Below, piece after piece: positions 18,378-28,466 of a stretch of DNA of 64,000 bases. The notes beneath the pieces were generated by a model. The model searched no databases, had not been told where the DNA came from, and was given only the letters and a program-made list of their open reading frames with translations. The stretch covers positions 5,375 to 69,374 of the forward strand of contig CAJOHK010000001.1 of assembly GCA_905234285.1 (NCBI GenBank), read 5' to 3'. The stretch is from an uncultured Bacteroidales bacterium (lineage in GTDB: Bacteria; Bacteroidota; Bacteroidia; Bacteroidales; UBA932). The position numbers and the translations under genes are program-made. Numbering within the stretch: position 1 is the stretch's first letter; every line of letters begins with the position of its first letter.

Positions 18378-20222
18378 TTATTCGGTTTCACAACGGACAG
18401 ACGCGCCGATAGGACGCTGTTTCTGTCCCTTCTTGGAGTCGGTTCCCTCCAGCAGCTGGCAGTAGGAAATGTTGGGAGTATCGGCATCCATGTGGGTGTT
18501 CCACACAATGGCGGTACCATTATTGACATATCTACCGTCATAATTCAGATAGGCAGGGATAGGAAGCGTAGAGACGGGATTGCCCACCTGGAAATACCAG
18601 TAGTCGGCATTGACCGTCCAACCGGTAATGGAAGAGCCTGCATCGGTGAAGATCTTGGCTCTCTTACGGCCGGCGGCACGGTATCCGGGAGGACAAGGGT
18701 CATACTTGGCCTTGGGAGCGCTCTTTTCCTGGTCGCCCCAGTAGAGGAGATTCACCTCGGAGCACCAGTCGGTAGCGCCGTCGGCAATGGCCGCAAAGGT
18801 GGTGGGCTGGGCCGCCGCCTCATTCTGCGTCATCTGGCCCTCTTTCACCTTCATGTCCGTACCGGAGAATGTGGCAGACTCGGTAGAACCTGCTTCCTTC
18901 ACATTCAGGAACGGATCCTTACGGCCCCACTGGTACAGCAGGCCGAAGGAACGGGAGTCGGCCACGGCGCCGGGCTGGGTATCTACCAGAGCACCCAGGT
19001 TACGGCTCATGATCTCACAGCCCGAGGCATAGCCGAAGGAATTGACGGAGAACTCGGTCTCGGGCACCCAGATGTGCCAGCTCCAGAGGATGTTCTCGTC
19101 CTTATCCAGGGCGGCGATGAGGGCATTACCGGGATGGAAGTCCTCGGCCAGCTGGAAGTACATGATGCCCTCGTCGTACATGGTGGTCTTGACCACGCTC
19201 TTGTGCTTGACTTCCTCGTCGTTGCACCAGGTTTCCCAAAGGACCTTGGTCTCGGCCACGGCGCCCACCGGCTCCTCGGAATTACCCTTCACAGCCGCGA
19301 ACTTGTAGGTACCGGCTTCGGACACCACATAGCAGTTGGCAGTGCCCATACCGTCCAGCGGCTTGGCCAGGTCGGGGTCGATGGGGTCGTCAAACTCTTC
19401 CAGAAGGTCGGTGATGTCGCCAAGGTCTGCCACCGAGCCGATGGACAGATCCAGGGGGTCGGGATTGGTGTAGGCCATCACCACTTTCTCGTCCTTGATG
19501 AGACGGATGGAATAGCCGGCAATGAGGTTGGCACCGCCAGGGATATAGTAGATATTGTCGGTTTCGCCGTCGGCCACAACCGGGAGCGTTACCGTAGTGG
19601 TAGTATTACCCAAATACTGGCGGTAGTTCTTTTCCTTGTCGGTAATCTTTACCTGGTAGAACTCATAGCCGATGGGAACGTCTTTACGGGCGCCCAGCGT
19701 ATAGCTGTCGTAATCACCGTCTACCTGGAAGGAGATGATGGACGACAAGTTGTGGAACTTGAACTGATTGTTCTCGTCGCAGGCGGCCAGCATCTGTACG
19801 TTGTCGGCGCCGAAGCAGCTGTAGAAGAAGCAGTGCTTGAGGTTGTTCACGGCCGATGCGGGCCATTCGGCATACAGGGTGCTGGCGCAGTCGTCGCGTT
19901 TATAGGGGCACAGGCCGCTCACTTCGAGGGTGGCCGTACGGCCATTGTCTTTAATGTCTTCGGCCTTGAGGGTAACCGTCACCTGGTCCTTGGCGTACTC
20001 GCCGTGCACCACAACCTGGTCACCGGCCACCCAACGGGTCTTGAGCAGATCGGAAACCTCCTCACCCTCGTCTACCGGATAATCCGGCAGAACGAAGGTA
20101 AGGGTGCGGGTTTCGGGATTCGGGGCCGGGCTGGGTTCGGGTGTAGGATCGTCCTTGGACCCGTTGCAGGCCAGCAGCAGGGATGCTGCCATCAGAAGGG
20201 ATATGTTGCAGATATGTTTCAT
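18378..20222 (-). CDS. Fimbrillin/adhesin-like lipoprotein with a Fib_succ-like C-terminal domain (paralog 3)
   Basis: LLAC lipobox; N-terminal region aligns with paralog 1 (W..GD...HG, LKAEDI..G..AT..V.GL.PY.R, YA.PAS); same C-terminal motifs. Confidence 0.8.
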   Translation of the reverse strand: MKHICNISLLMAASLLLACNGSKDDPTPEPSPAPNPETRTLTFVLPDYPVDEGEEVSDLLKTRWVAGDQVVVHGEYAKDQVTVTLKAEDIKDNGRTATLEVSGLCPYKRDDCASTLYAEWPASAVNNLKHCFFYSCFGADNVQMLAACDENNQFKFHNLSSIISFQVDGDYDSYTLGARKDVPIGYEFYQVKITDKEKNYRQYLGNTTTTVTLPVVADGETDNIYYIPGGANLIAGYSIRLIKDEKVVMAYTNPDPLDLSIGSVADLGDITDLLEEFDDPIDPDLAKPLDGMGTANCYVVSEAGTYKFAAVKGNSEEPVGAVAETKVLWETWCNDEEVKHKSVVKTTMYDEGIMYFQLAEDFHPGNALIAALDKDENILWSWHIWVPETEFSVNSFGYASGCEIMSRNLGALVDTQPGAVADSRSFGLLYQWGRKDPFLNVKEAGSTESATFSGTDMKVKEGQMTQNEAAAQPTTFAAIADGATDWCSEVNLLYWGDQEKSAPKAKYDPCPPGYRAAGRKRAKIFTDAGSSITGWTVNADYWYFQVGNPVSTLPIPAYLNYDGRYVNNGTAIVWNTHMDADTPNISYCQLLEGTDSKKGQKQRPIGASVRCETE

Positions 20223-20240
20223 AATCTGTTCCTTTTAATG

Positions 20241-21746
20241 TTACCAAGCTACGGGTTCGGTGTACCAATAGCCTTCGAGGATAGCCTTACCGGTTTCTAT
20301 ACCAATGTACAGGTCGGTAGTAGCATTCCAGAGCACGTCTTTCATTACAGTGTCAGAGCTGTTGAAGCTGCCCAGGGAAATGCCGTCTATCAGGAAGGTT
20401 ACCTTACAGTGGAGGGCACCGCTGGGATCGAACTTGTAAGTGAACTCGTGCGGCTGGCTCATATCCAGGCCGGAGACAGAAGACAGACCGCTCGGGGCCT
20501 CGGAGTTACCCTTGTTGAATTCCAGGGAAGTCTTGCCGCCGGAGAGGTTGAACTTCATCTCAGTGTCATCGCTGCCGTACACAATCCAGTGACGAACCTT
20601 GGCATCCTCTGAGATGCTGCTCCAGCGGAAAGTATACGTACCAAACGGCAGCTTACTGTTATGCAGACGGCCCTTGCCATCAAAACTGAGACCGTTGGCA
20701 ACGGCAGTAACCTTACCGGTGGTCCAGTCGGAGGCCACATACTGCAGCCAGGACTCGTCGATGGGCACCCATACAGGCGTGACTTCGTAGGCCTGTTTCA
20801 CCGCAACGCGGCGCTCCAGCACAAAGCCGTCTTCCTCTTCGGGAACGGTTCTCACGATGATGCCGCCCACACGCGGGTTAGGCGTGTCGTTAGGCTCGAG
20901 CGTAATGGCCAGCGTGCCGCTTCCGGTAACCTCGGGCGTGGTAATGGTAAACCAGGTATCGGCCTCGTTATCCTTGACGGCCGTCCACTTGGCATTAGAT
21001 ACCACCTTCATGGAAGCCTCGGTCCCGTCAAAGGCAACCATCATTTCCTCGCCTTCAAGATCGAGCTGCACACCGTCCTGGGTGTAGTTGATGGTGTATA
21101 CCTTCTTGTCATGGCGATCAAAGATGCTCAGGGAGGCATAGCGGATTTCGCCGCCGTTATTGGCAGCATTTAACGTTACCACGCCATCACCTTCGCCGGT
21201 TTCGCCATCGGTAATGGTGAGCCAATCCTTACCAGTGTTGACCTTGGTGCTCCATTTCTGGTTAGACGAGATATGTACCAGGATTTCCTCGCCGGCACCG
21301 GCAATCATCTCGGGCGTGAGCTCGGCGGCCGGGATTTCCAAATAGGCGGTACCTTTTTGGGTAACGGTGAGTTTCTTGGGCGTCCAGCCATTGCTGGAAA
21401 TCTCAATATAGTCGATACGGTCGTCCAGGTCGGTGTTGTCGTAGTACTGGACGGTAAGGGTGGTTTTCTCGCCTTTTCCCACCTTCACCAGCTCGGGGTC
21501 GGAGGCATTGCCTTCCTCGTCGCTGATGATGCACCAGTCGGGATGCAGGCTGCGCACGGTCCAGGGCTTGGAGGAAGTGACCACCAGCGAGAAGGGCCTT
21601 GCGCCCGTGGCCGCCAGTTCCAGGCTTCCGCTCACCCTGTACCGCAGGTCTACCGAATCCATTTGCTCCGGTTCGGCCTGCTTGCAGCCCTGCAGCCCTA
21701 TGACGAGGGCTGCGGCTGCGCAGAGTATGTTAATAAATCTTTTCAT
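20241..21746 (-). CDS. Multi-BACON-domain lipoprotein
   Basis: LQGC lipobox; repeated S..W...W......G.G......N....R.......Q pattern. Confidence 0.8.
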   Translation of the reverse strand: MKRFINILCAAAALVIGLQGCKQAEPEQMDSVDLRYRVSGSLELAATGARPFSLVVTSSKPWTVRSLHPDWCIISDEEGNASDPELVKVGKGEKTTLTVQYYDNTDLDDRIDYIEISSNGWTPKKLTVTQKGTAYLEIPAAELTPEMIAGAGEEILVHISSNQKWSTKVNTGKDWLTITDGETGEGDGVVTLNAANNGGEIRYASLSIFDRHDKKVYTINYTQDGVQLDLEGEEMMVAFDGTEASMKVVSNAKWTAVKDNEADTWFTITTPEVTGSGTLAITLEPNDTPNPRVGGIIVRTVPEEEDGFVLERRVAVKQAYEVTPVWVPIDESWLQYVASDWTTGKVTAVANGLSFDGKGRLHNSKLPFGTYTFRWSSISEDAKVRHWIVYGSDDTEMKFNLSGGKTSLEFNKGNSEAPSGLSSVSGLDMSQPHEFTYKFDPSGALHCKVTFLIDGISLGSFNSSDTVMKDVLWNATTDLYIGIETGKAILEGYWYTEPVAW

Positions 21747-21758
21747 GGCAGGAAGGAA

Positions 21759-23477
21759 TTACTTTGCCGGAAAATTAACAACGCAGGATTTAACAACATA
21801 CCAGGAGTCTGCGGGAGCATTGCCGTCATAGCAGCCCAGCCAGAAGGAGGCGCCATTCTCCTGATCATAGTAGAACGGATTGCGGGCGTGAGCATGGCAC
21901 TTGTTGGCCCCGTTATAGTCGAAGTCCATGTAGAAGAGGGTCTCATCCTCGGGATCCACGTACATCTTGATGCCATAAGTGGTCATGGCATTGAGCTCAT
22001 CCTGAGAGATGCTGTAGTCCACGCTCAAGTAGGAGTCCTTGTCGATACGGGCACCCTTGCCGTCGGCCAGCGTGCCTTCCAGACGTACGCGGGTCTTGCC
22101 CACAGTGAGCCAGTTGAACAGGTTGGCATTACCCATCACGCCGTCGAACCAGATCTGGGACTTGTCCACAAAGTGAACGTCGCCCATGGTGAACTCCACG
22201 TCGATATAACGGAAGCTGTCCTTGGAAACGATGCGGGAGACCGCGCCGCCCTTAAGTTTTACGGAGCCGTCATCCAACAGTTCGTATGAGCCTTCAAGGG
22301 TGAAGTTGGTGTCCTGGGTGAGTTCAATCTCATAGGTATTGGCACCGGACTTGATACCTACATTGGCGGTACGGGGTACAAAAATGGGATTCCAGTCACA
22401 GGTTACGTCGATGTGTTTTCCATCGGCATTCTTCTCTACATGCAGCCACTCCTCAGAAGCATAAGGCTCCCAGTCCAGAATGGTATTCACCTCCAGGGAG
22501 AGTGCGCCAAGGTAGCCGCTGACCTCTGTAGAAACGGGGTCGATAATCTCAAAGGTAACACCCTGCTGGATAAGCTTGAACTCCTTGGTTTCGCCACCGG
22601 CCGTTACGCTGATAGCAGCTTCACGCTGGATGCCGGTATTGGGCTCGGCAGTAATGGTGATTACCTTGGCGGTACCGTCACCGTCGCCTTCTTCCTCGCT
22701 GAAGGAAATCCACATCTGGTTGGCGCTCACTTCCCAGGAAAGGTCGGTCTTGACCTTGAAGTCCATGTCGCCGCCAGCGTCGGAGAACACGCCGGAAGGC
22801 TCAACCACCTCGAACTTACCCTGCTGGGTAACCTCAAAGCTTTCCTCGGTGTCGTTGGCCACTACATAAATGGTAGCGGTGCGGGTCATGACATCGCTGC
22901 GCTCGGCAGTTGCCACAATCTGGATGGGGCTGGCCGATCCCTCGCCGGATTCCTGGCTAAAGCTGAGCCAGTCGGCGTCGGAGCGCACTTCCCAAGCATA
23001 ATTGGTGCTGATGGTAAAGCTCAGCGGACCACCCATGGCCGAGTAGGTCTTGGTGATGGGCGTCACGTAGAACTTGCCGCGACGACCTTGGGTAATGGTA
23101 AAGGTATAGCTCTTGGTCTGGTAGCTGTCGCTACGGATGGTAAAGCTGGCGCTACGGTCTTCCAGGGCGTCATTTTCCAGTACTTCAATGGTGACATCGG
23201 CATTGAGCCCGGCCACCGCGCTGGAGGCAGGGGAAATGGTGCACCACTCAGCGTTGTCGTTGCGGATGATGCTCCAGGGCACGTTGGAAGTGATATTGAA
23301 CGATACGGGCTGGGGATTACTGGCGTTTACGGTGTAAGCGGTGAACACATTACTCTCCAACCGCGCATTGGCAGCCATTTTTTCTGGCGTCATCTGCGTG
23401 TCAACCTCAAATTGCTGGCAGGAGAATGCGGCAGCAAGGATAGACAGGCTGGCTAATATTTTGACTGTTGTTTTCAT
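21759..23477 (-). CDS. Multi-BACON-domain lipoprotein
   Basis: FSC lipobox; about four BACON repeats (TSNVPW, STNYAW, KTDLSW, NTILDW). Confidence 0.8.
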   Translation of the reverse strand: MKTTVKILASLSILAAAFSCQQFEVDTQMTPEKMAANARLESNVFTAYTVNASNPQPVSFNITSNVPWSIIRNDNAEWCTISPASSAVAGLNADVTIEVLENDALEDRSASFTIRSDSYQTKSYTFTITQGRRGKFYVTPITKTYSAMGGPLSFTISTNYAWEVRSDADWLSFSQESGEGSASPIQIVATAERSDVMTRTATIYVVANDTEESFEVTQQGKFEVVEPSGVFSDAGGDMDFKVKTDLSWEVSANQMWISFSEEEGDGDGTAKVITITAEPNTGIQREAAISVTAGGETKEFKLIQQGVTFEIIDPVSTEVSGYLGALSLEVNTILDWEPYASEEWLHVEKNADGKHIDVTCDWNPIFVPRTANVGIKSGANTYEIELTQDTNFTLEGSYELLDDGSVKLKGGAVSRIVSKDSFRYIDVEFTMGDVHFVDKSQIWFDGVMGNANLFNWLTVGKTRVRLEGTLADGKGARIDKDSYLSVDYSISQDELNAMTTYGIKMYVDPEDETLFYMDFDYNGANKCHAHARNPFYYDQENGASFWLGCYDGNAPADSWYVVKSCVVNFPAK

Positions 23478-23508
23478 ATGGTTTTTGTTTTTATGCTGTG
23501 GTTAGAGA

Positions 23509-25194
23509 TTACCATCCGGTATTCTGGGGATTGAGGTTAGTATTGCAGAACAGTTCGCTCTGAGGGATGGGATACAGGTACATGCGGTCGTTCCAGGTAC
23601 GGTTCTCCACCAGCTTGCGGCTGTATTCCAGTTTGTTCCCGTCGGGGACGATGTTCACGCCATACACCTGCGTCTGGGTGGCGGGGCCGATTTTCCAGCG
23701 GCGCACATCCCAGAAGCGATGGTCTTCGAAGGCGAACTCTACCCGCCACTCACGGCGCACAGCCTCGGTGAAGGCCGAATAGGTGGCGGCCGTTACATCG
23801 GGCATGCCGGCGTTGGCGCGCACGGCATTGAGGGCATCCAGGGCCGTGGTCTTGAGGGTACCGTCACTCTGGTTGGGGTTGCCGAAGTACTCATTGGCTG
23901 CCTCGGCGTAGCTAAGCAGAATCTCGGCGTAGCGGAACACAATCCAGTCGTGCTTGTTGTAGCTTTCATTCTCGTCTTCGAAGCTGGTGTTCTCCTGGAT
24001 GTATTTGCGCAGGTAGTAACCGGTAACCGAGCGGAGGTCGCTGCGGGTGGCCGAATAATCCTTACCGTCTACGTAGGTCTCGATGGTAGACCCCTTGAAT
24101 TCCATGCCGTTTGCCAGAATGGTGCGGGCAAAGCGGGGATCACGGCCTTCGTAAGGCTTGGTAATGTCAAAATTCGGGTCATCGGTTACCCAACCGGCAT
24201 CGGTGAGGGTAATGTCATAACCGTCGGCCGTCTGGAAGGCGTCCACCAGGTTCTGGGTGGGGAAGGAGCCTCCCAGGTCGGTGCGCTTGTAATAGGTAAA
24301 GCGTACCGGGAAGTTCTCCAGCTCAAAGTCGGAGTCTTCTGAGCGCATAATCTCAAAAATCACTTCGGGGGAGCTCAGGTTCACGGTATTCACTTTTACG
24401 CCGGGATCCAGCTGATACAGACCGGTGTCCATAAGATCCTGGGCAGCCTGTGCAGCGGCCAGCCATTTGGATTTATCGTTGGACGGATTGTGCAGCGGGC
24501 TGGCGGCATAGAGCAGGGCCTTGGTCTTGAGCGCCATGGCAAAGCCTTTGTTGGCACGGCCGATTTCGTCGTTCAGGAGTCCCTTGTAGGAATCCGGCAA
24601 ATGGGCAATGCATTCGTCGCACTCGCTCACGATGAAGCTGATCACCTGGTCGAAGGGGGTCTTTTCTATGCTGTTGGCTTCTTCGATGGAGAGCTTGGTA
24701 AGCGGCATGGGAATATCCCCGTAGCGGCGGGCCAGCTCAAAGAAGAAGAACGCGCGAAGGACACGGGCCTGGTAGGGATACAGGGCCAGGTGGTCCTGCC
24801 ATTTCTGGTAGTTGTTATCGTACTGATACAGACTCAGGTCGATGGTAGGATAGGCATCCAGGAACTCGTTGGCGGCACGGACGCCCTTGTACAGGCTCCA
24901 CTTGTCGTCCACAGTCTGGATGGCGTTCCAGTTGCCGTTGTTGAAACGCGATACAGAGGCGTCGGGGTCTCCGTACTCGGCATCGTCAATGCCGCATTCG
25001 CGCATGGCACCACCCACGTCTGCGATATCCTTATTGGGCAAGTAACCATAGACGGTGGTGAGCATGCTGGTAACATTACTGAACGTCTCGTACATGTTCT
25101 CGCGCTTGTAGATGCCCGAGGATTCGTCGAAGTCCAGGAAATTACAGCTAGCAGTGAGGAGCACGGCCGATAAAATATAGAGTATCTTTTTCAT
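23509..25194 (-). CDS. susD: SusD/RagB family lipoprotein
   Basis: QARVLRAFFFFEL, RDPRF, FRYAEILLSYAEA, EFAFEDHRFWDVRRW and YPIPQ..NPGW-type motifs. Confidence 0.95.
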   Translation of the reverse strand: MKKILYILSAVLLTASCNFLDFDESSGIYKRENMYETFSNVTSMLTTVYGYLPNKDIADVGGAMRECGIDDAEYGDPDASVSRFNNGNWNAIQTVDDKWSLYKGVRAANEFLDAYPTIDLSLYQYDNNYQKWQDHLALYPYQARVLRAFFFFELARRYGDIPMPLTKLSIEEANSIEKTPFDQVISFIVSECDECIAHLPDSYKGLLNDEIGRANKGFAMALKTKALLYAASPLHNPSNDKSKWLAAAQAAQDLMDTGLYQLDPGVKVNTVNLSSPEVIFEIMRSEDSDFELENFPVRFTYYKRTDLGGSFPTQNLVDAFQTADGYDITLTDAGWVTDDPNFDITKPYEGRDPRFARTILANGMEFKGSTIETYVDGKDYSATRSDLRSVTGYYLRKYIQENTSFEDENESYNKHDWIVFRYAEILLSYAEAANEYFGNPNQSDGTLKTTALDALNAVRANAGMPDVTAATYSAFTEAVRREWRVEFAFEDHRFWDVRRWKIGPATQTQVYGVNIVPDGNKLEYSRKLVENRTWNDRMYLYPIPQSELFCNTNLNPQNTGW

Positions 25195-25206
25195 ATCTTT
25201 CGCGCT

Positions 25207-28200
25207 TTATTGGTTAAGAATGCAAACGGCCACACGGTTGGATTCGGGGCTGGCGGCAGCATCACGGTCCGTGCCCGTGCTTCCGCTCACGATGCGGCTC
25301 TCCTCCACGCCGGCCTCCCGGAGCATCTGTACCACGTTGGCGGCACGCTGGGCACTGAGTTTTTGGTTAATGCTGGCCGTTCCGGTACCGGAATCGGCAT
25401 AGCCGGTAATCTGAATCTTGGCATTGGGGTTGTCCTTGAGGATCTGGGCAATGCGTCCCAGTTTGAAGGCCTCACCCGGCCGGAGCTCGGCCTGGCCAAT
25501 CACAAAGAGGATGTCGTCCTCGTATTTACCCTTGAGGGTGCCTTCGTTCTTCACCACCTCGCGAACCACCTGCACCTCTACGGGTACTTCTTTGATGACT
25601 TCCTTCTCTACCACCACTTCTTTCACCTCGGGAACATAAGGCTTGGACTTCACGCGCTGCTTGCAGCACTTGTTACGCTCCTCGCCCACATTCTTGCCGA
25701 AGGCCATCTTGACACCGGCCCAGAAAGTACGGGTGCTGGGATAGTAGGCGCCCAGCTGCTCGGGGTCGGCAAACTTGATATTGTCCAGGCTGAAGAGGTT
25801 GGTAGCTTTGAGGAACACCGTGGCCTCACACAGACGCAGCCAGGCTTTGGGGAAGGTATAAGAGATACCCACGTTGCGCAGCTTGATGAAGGAGCCGTCG
25901 CGGTACCACAGGGAGTTCTTCTGGTAGTTGTTCTTGTTGGTAACCGTAGTCAAACGCGGCATGGTGGCCGTGGTGGCGGTTTCCGGCGTCCAGGTAACCT
26001 CCCGCTTGAGGAAGGTATCGGAGATGGTTCCGTTGTTCACCAGCGGCTGGTACAGCGGTGAATCCCTGAGGTCGACGGTGACACCCGTCACGCCCTGGAA
26101 ATCGGCGTACACGTTAAGGCCTCTCCAACCGATGTTGAAGCCGAAGCCGAACTGGAACAGCGGCGTAGAGGAGCCGAACATCTTTACAACGTCCTGGCTG
26201 TCAATGACGCCGTCACCGTTCTGGTCGCGGTACTTGAGGTCGCCGGGCCTCACCTCGCCGAAGGTCTGGTTGGGACTGTTGTTAATCTCTACCTGATCCT
26301 GGAAGATACCAATCACTTCCAAGCCATAGCGCTGGCCAACAGGATTGCCCTTGTGATACAGGTAGTCGTAGGCCTGGTAGGCCTGGCCGTCGTCAATCAC
26401 CTTGCTCCACAGCCAGCCGCCGTTGGCATACACGCCATAGTTGAAGCAGCCGCGCTTCTCTTCCCAGCTCAGGCCCAGGTCCAGACCGCCGTAGTTCTCC
26501 TCACCCAGGCTCTGGCCCTCTACGGTGATACCAATGATGCCGGACACGTTATTAATATCGTCCTTTTCCAGGAAAATGTTGCGGCGGTTCTCCAGGAAGC
26601 CCTCCACATTCACACCCAGGCGCTTTTTGAAGAACTTGTTGTCCAGGCCGAAGGTGATCTTGCGGGAAAGCTCGGGAGCCAGGATAAGGGAAGGCATGTT
26701 GCCTTCGGCCTTGCCGCTGTTGCCGGAACCGTCAATGAAGTAGAAGCTCTTGCCGTTGCTGCTGCCATAGGTCTGGCGCCACAGCTCGTGGGTGAGGTCG
26801 TCGTCCATACCCGACATACCGGCCGATGCATAGGCCTTGATGTAGGGCTCTTCCAGGATAACGCCTGCCAGGCTTACGGCCGGATACCAGTTGAAGCGCT
26901 TGCCGGGCTCCAGGTAGGCCGAGCCGGAGTAGTTCACCACCGCGTCGGCAAAGATGCGGTTGTTCCAGTTATAGCTCACCGTGCCCAGGATTTCCTGCGT
27001 CTTGGATGAGGCATTCTGCTTATTCTCAATCCAGGAACGCTGACGATAGGCCACATGGGCCTCGACGTGGTGCTTGCCAAAGTTACGCTCCCAGTTCAAA
27101 CGGCCCTGCAGTTCGAATCGCATCTGCAGGCTGCTGAGCGAGTTCTTGTAGGTAACTGTTTTAGAATTGATGCCATAGTACTTTTGCTCGGCCACCAGAT
27201 AGGTGGTGTTGCCGTTACTGGCATAATTATTCACCATCTCGCTGTACTGCCAGTCCTTGTAGGCTACCTCGGTCATCCGGCCCAGATAGTCAAAGGCCAC
27301 GGTGACGTCGGCGTACAGGCCGGGGACCACCATGCCCAGGTCCTGGCGCAGGGTCATGTCGGCCAGCACCTTAGCCTGGGAATACTGGTGATTACCGGAT
27401 TCCTGGAACAGGGCCACCGGGTTCACAGCACCCTTGAGGGCGCTTCCGCCGTAGGTGCCGTCGGCTTGCTTGATAGGGAAGGCCGCAGAAGGCAGGGTGT
27501 ACAGGATTTTCTCAATATAGTTGGTGTCGTTGGTATACATGGAATAGGGCTTGTTGCTCTCTTCCAGGCGGGCCATCACACCAATCTTCATGGAGGTGTG
27601 GTCGGTGATGTTCACGTCTACGTTGGCGCGGATGCCCAGGCGGGTGTCGTAGGCATTGGCGTTGTAGCGGTCATCGCTGGTGGCCTTCTTGTACAGGGCG
27701 TCGTCCTTCATGTAGTCGATAGCCGCAAAGTAACGGAAATTGCGGTTACCGCCACTGAAGGTGAACATGGCGCGATGGTTGTCGCCGTGGTCCCGGTAAA
27801 TCTCCTTCCACCAGTTTACATTGGGGTAGGAATAAGGATGGGAGCCCGTATAGAAGGAATAGAGCTCATCCTGGTTGTACATGGGAGCCAGGCCATCCAG
27901 GGCGCGGGCCTCGTTCACTTTATAGGCATAAGTGTATGCGTCAGAGAATTCCGGAGCCCGGAAAATGGTGGACAGACCATAGTGGTACTCGGCCGTCACC
28001 TTGAGGGGGGCATCCTTACCGCGCTTGGTGGTAATCATAATCACGCCATTGGCGCCCTTTACACCGTAGAGAGCGGCCGATACGGCGTCCTTGAGAATGG
28101 TAATGGATTCAATTTCCTCGGCCGTGATATTGTGCAGGTCGCGGGGAATACCATCTACCAGCACCAGCGGGCTGTGGCCGTGGAGCCGCAGCTTGGCCTG

Positions 28201-28458
28201 GTTCTCAAAGCTCATACCGGTTCCCTGCTTTACCAACAGGCCGGAGAACTGCCCATACAGGGCCTTCGCCACATCTGCCTCGGGACTCTTGTCGAACAGG
28301 GGGCTGTCACCGGCAATGTTTCCGTTGGCCTGGAGCTTATACAGGTTGCCCAGGGCAATGGAATCTACCAGCGAGCGTTCCTGTGCAAAGGCTACAGTGC
28401 CCAGAAGCAGCAGCGGAAGAAATATATATCTTGCTATAGTTTTCATCTTCGGGTACAT
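25207..28458 (-). CDS. susC: SusC/RagA TonB-dependent transporter fused to a C-terminal OmpA-like domain
   Basis: ILKDAVSAALYGVKGANGVIMITTKRG plug; barrel ends YYPSTRTFWAGVKMAF, then a linker and ILF...I.ITGYADSGTG...NQKLSAQRA..V...NRVA (OmpA_C). Confidence 0.9.
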   Translation of the reverse strand: MYPKMKTIARYIFLPLLLLGTVAFAQERSLVDSIALGNLYKLQANGNIAGDSPLFDKSPEADVAKALYGQFSGLLVKQGTGMSFENQAKLRLHGHSPLVLVDGIPRDLHNITAEEIESITILKDAVSAALYGVKGANGVIMITTKRGKDAPLKVTAEYHYGLSTIFRAPEFSDAYTYAYKVNEARALDGLAPMYNQDELYSFYTGSHPYSYPNVNWWKEIYRDHGDNHRAMFTFSGGNRNFRYFAAIDYMKDDALYKKATSDDRYNANAYDTRLGIRANVDVNITDHTSMKIGVMARLEESNKPYSMYTNDTNYIEKILYTLPSAAFPIKQADGTYGGSALKGAVNPVALFQESGNHQYSQAKVLADMTLRQDLGMVVPGLYADVTVAFDYLGRMTEVAYKDWQYSEMVNNYASNGNTTYLVAEQKYYGINSKTVTYKNSLSSLQMRFELQGRLNWERNFGKHHVEAHVAYRQRSWIENKQNASSKTQEILGTVSYNWNNRIFADAVVNYSGSAYLEPGKRFNWYPAVSLAGVILEEPYIKAYASAGMSGMDDDLTHELWRQTYGSSNGKSFYFIDGSGNSGKAEGNMPSLILAPELSRKITFGLDNKFFKKRLGVNVEGFLENRRNIFLEKDDINNVSGIIGITVEGQSLGEENYGGLDLGLSWEEKRGCFNYGVYANGGWLWSKVIDDGQAYQAYDYLYHKGNPVGQRYGLEVIGIFQDQVEINNSPNQTFGEVRPGDLKYRDQNGDGVIDSQDVVKMFGSSTPLFQFGFGFNIGWRGLNVYADFQGVTGVTVDLRDSPLYQPLVNNGTISDTFLKREVTWTPETATTATMPRLTTVTNKNNYQKNSLWYRDGSFIKLRNVGISYTFPKAWLRLCEATVFLKATNLFSLDNIKFADPEQLGAYYPSTRTFWAGVKMAFGKNVGEERNKCCKQRVKSKPYVPEVKEVVVEKEVIKEVPVEVQVVREVVKNEGTLKGKYEDDILFVIGQAELRPGEAFKLGRIAQILKDNPNAKIQITGYADSGTGTASINQKLSAQRAANVVQMLREAGVEESRIVSGSTGTDRDAAASPESNRVAVCILNQ

Positions 28459-28466
28459 TTAAGCGT

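Noticed and set aside
13949-20222. Complete diversity-generating retroelement
   Set aside because: No reverse transcriptase and no template/variable repeat pair with adenine-specific mismatches was seen in the window.
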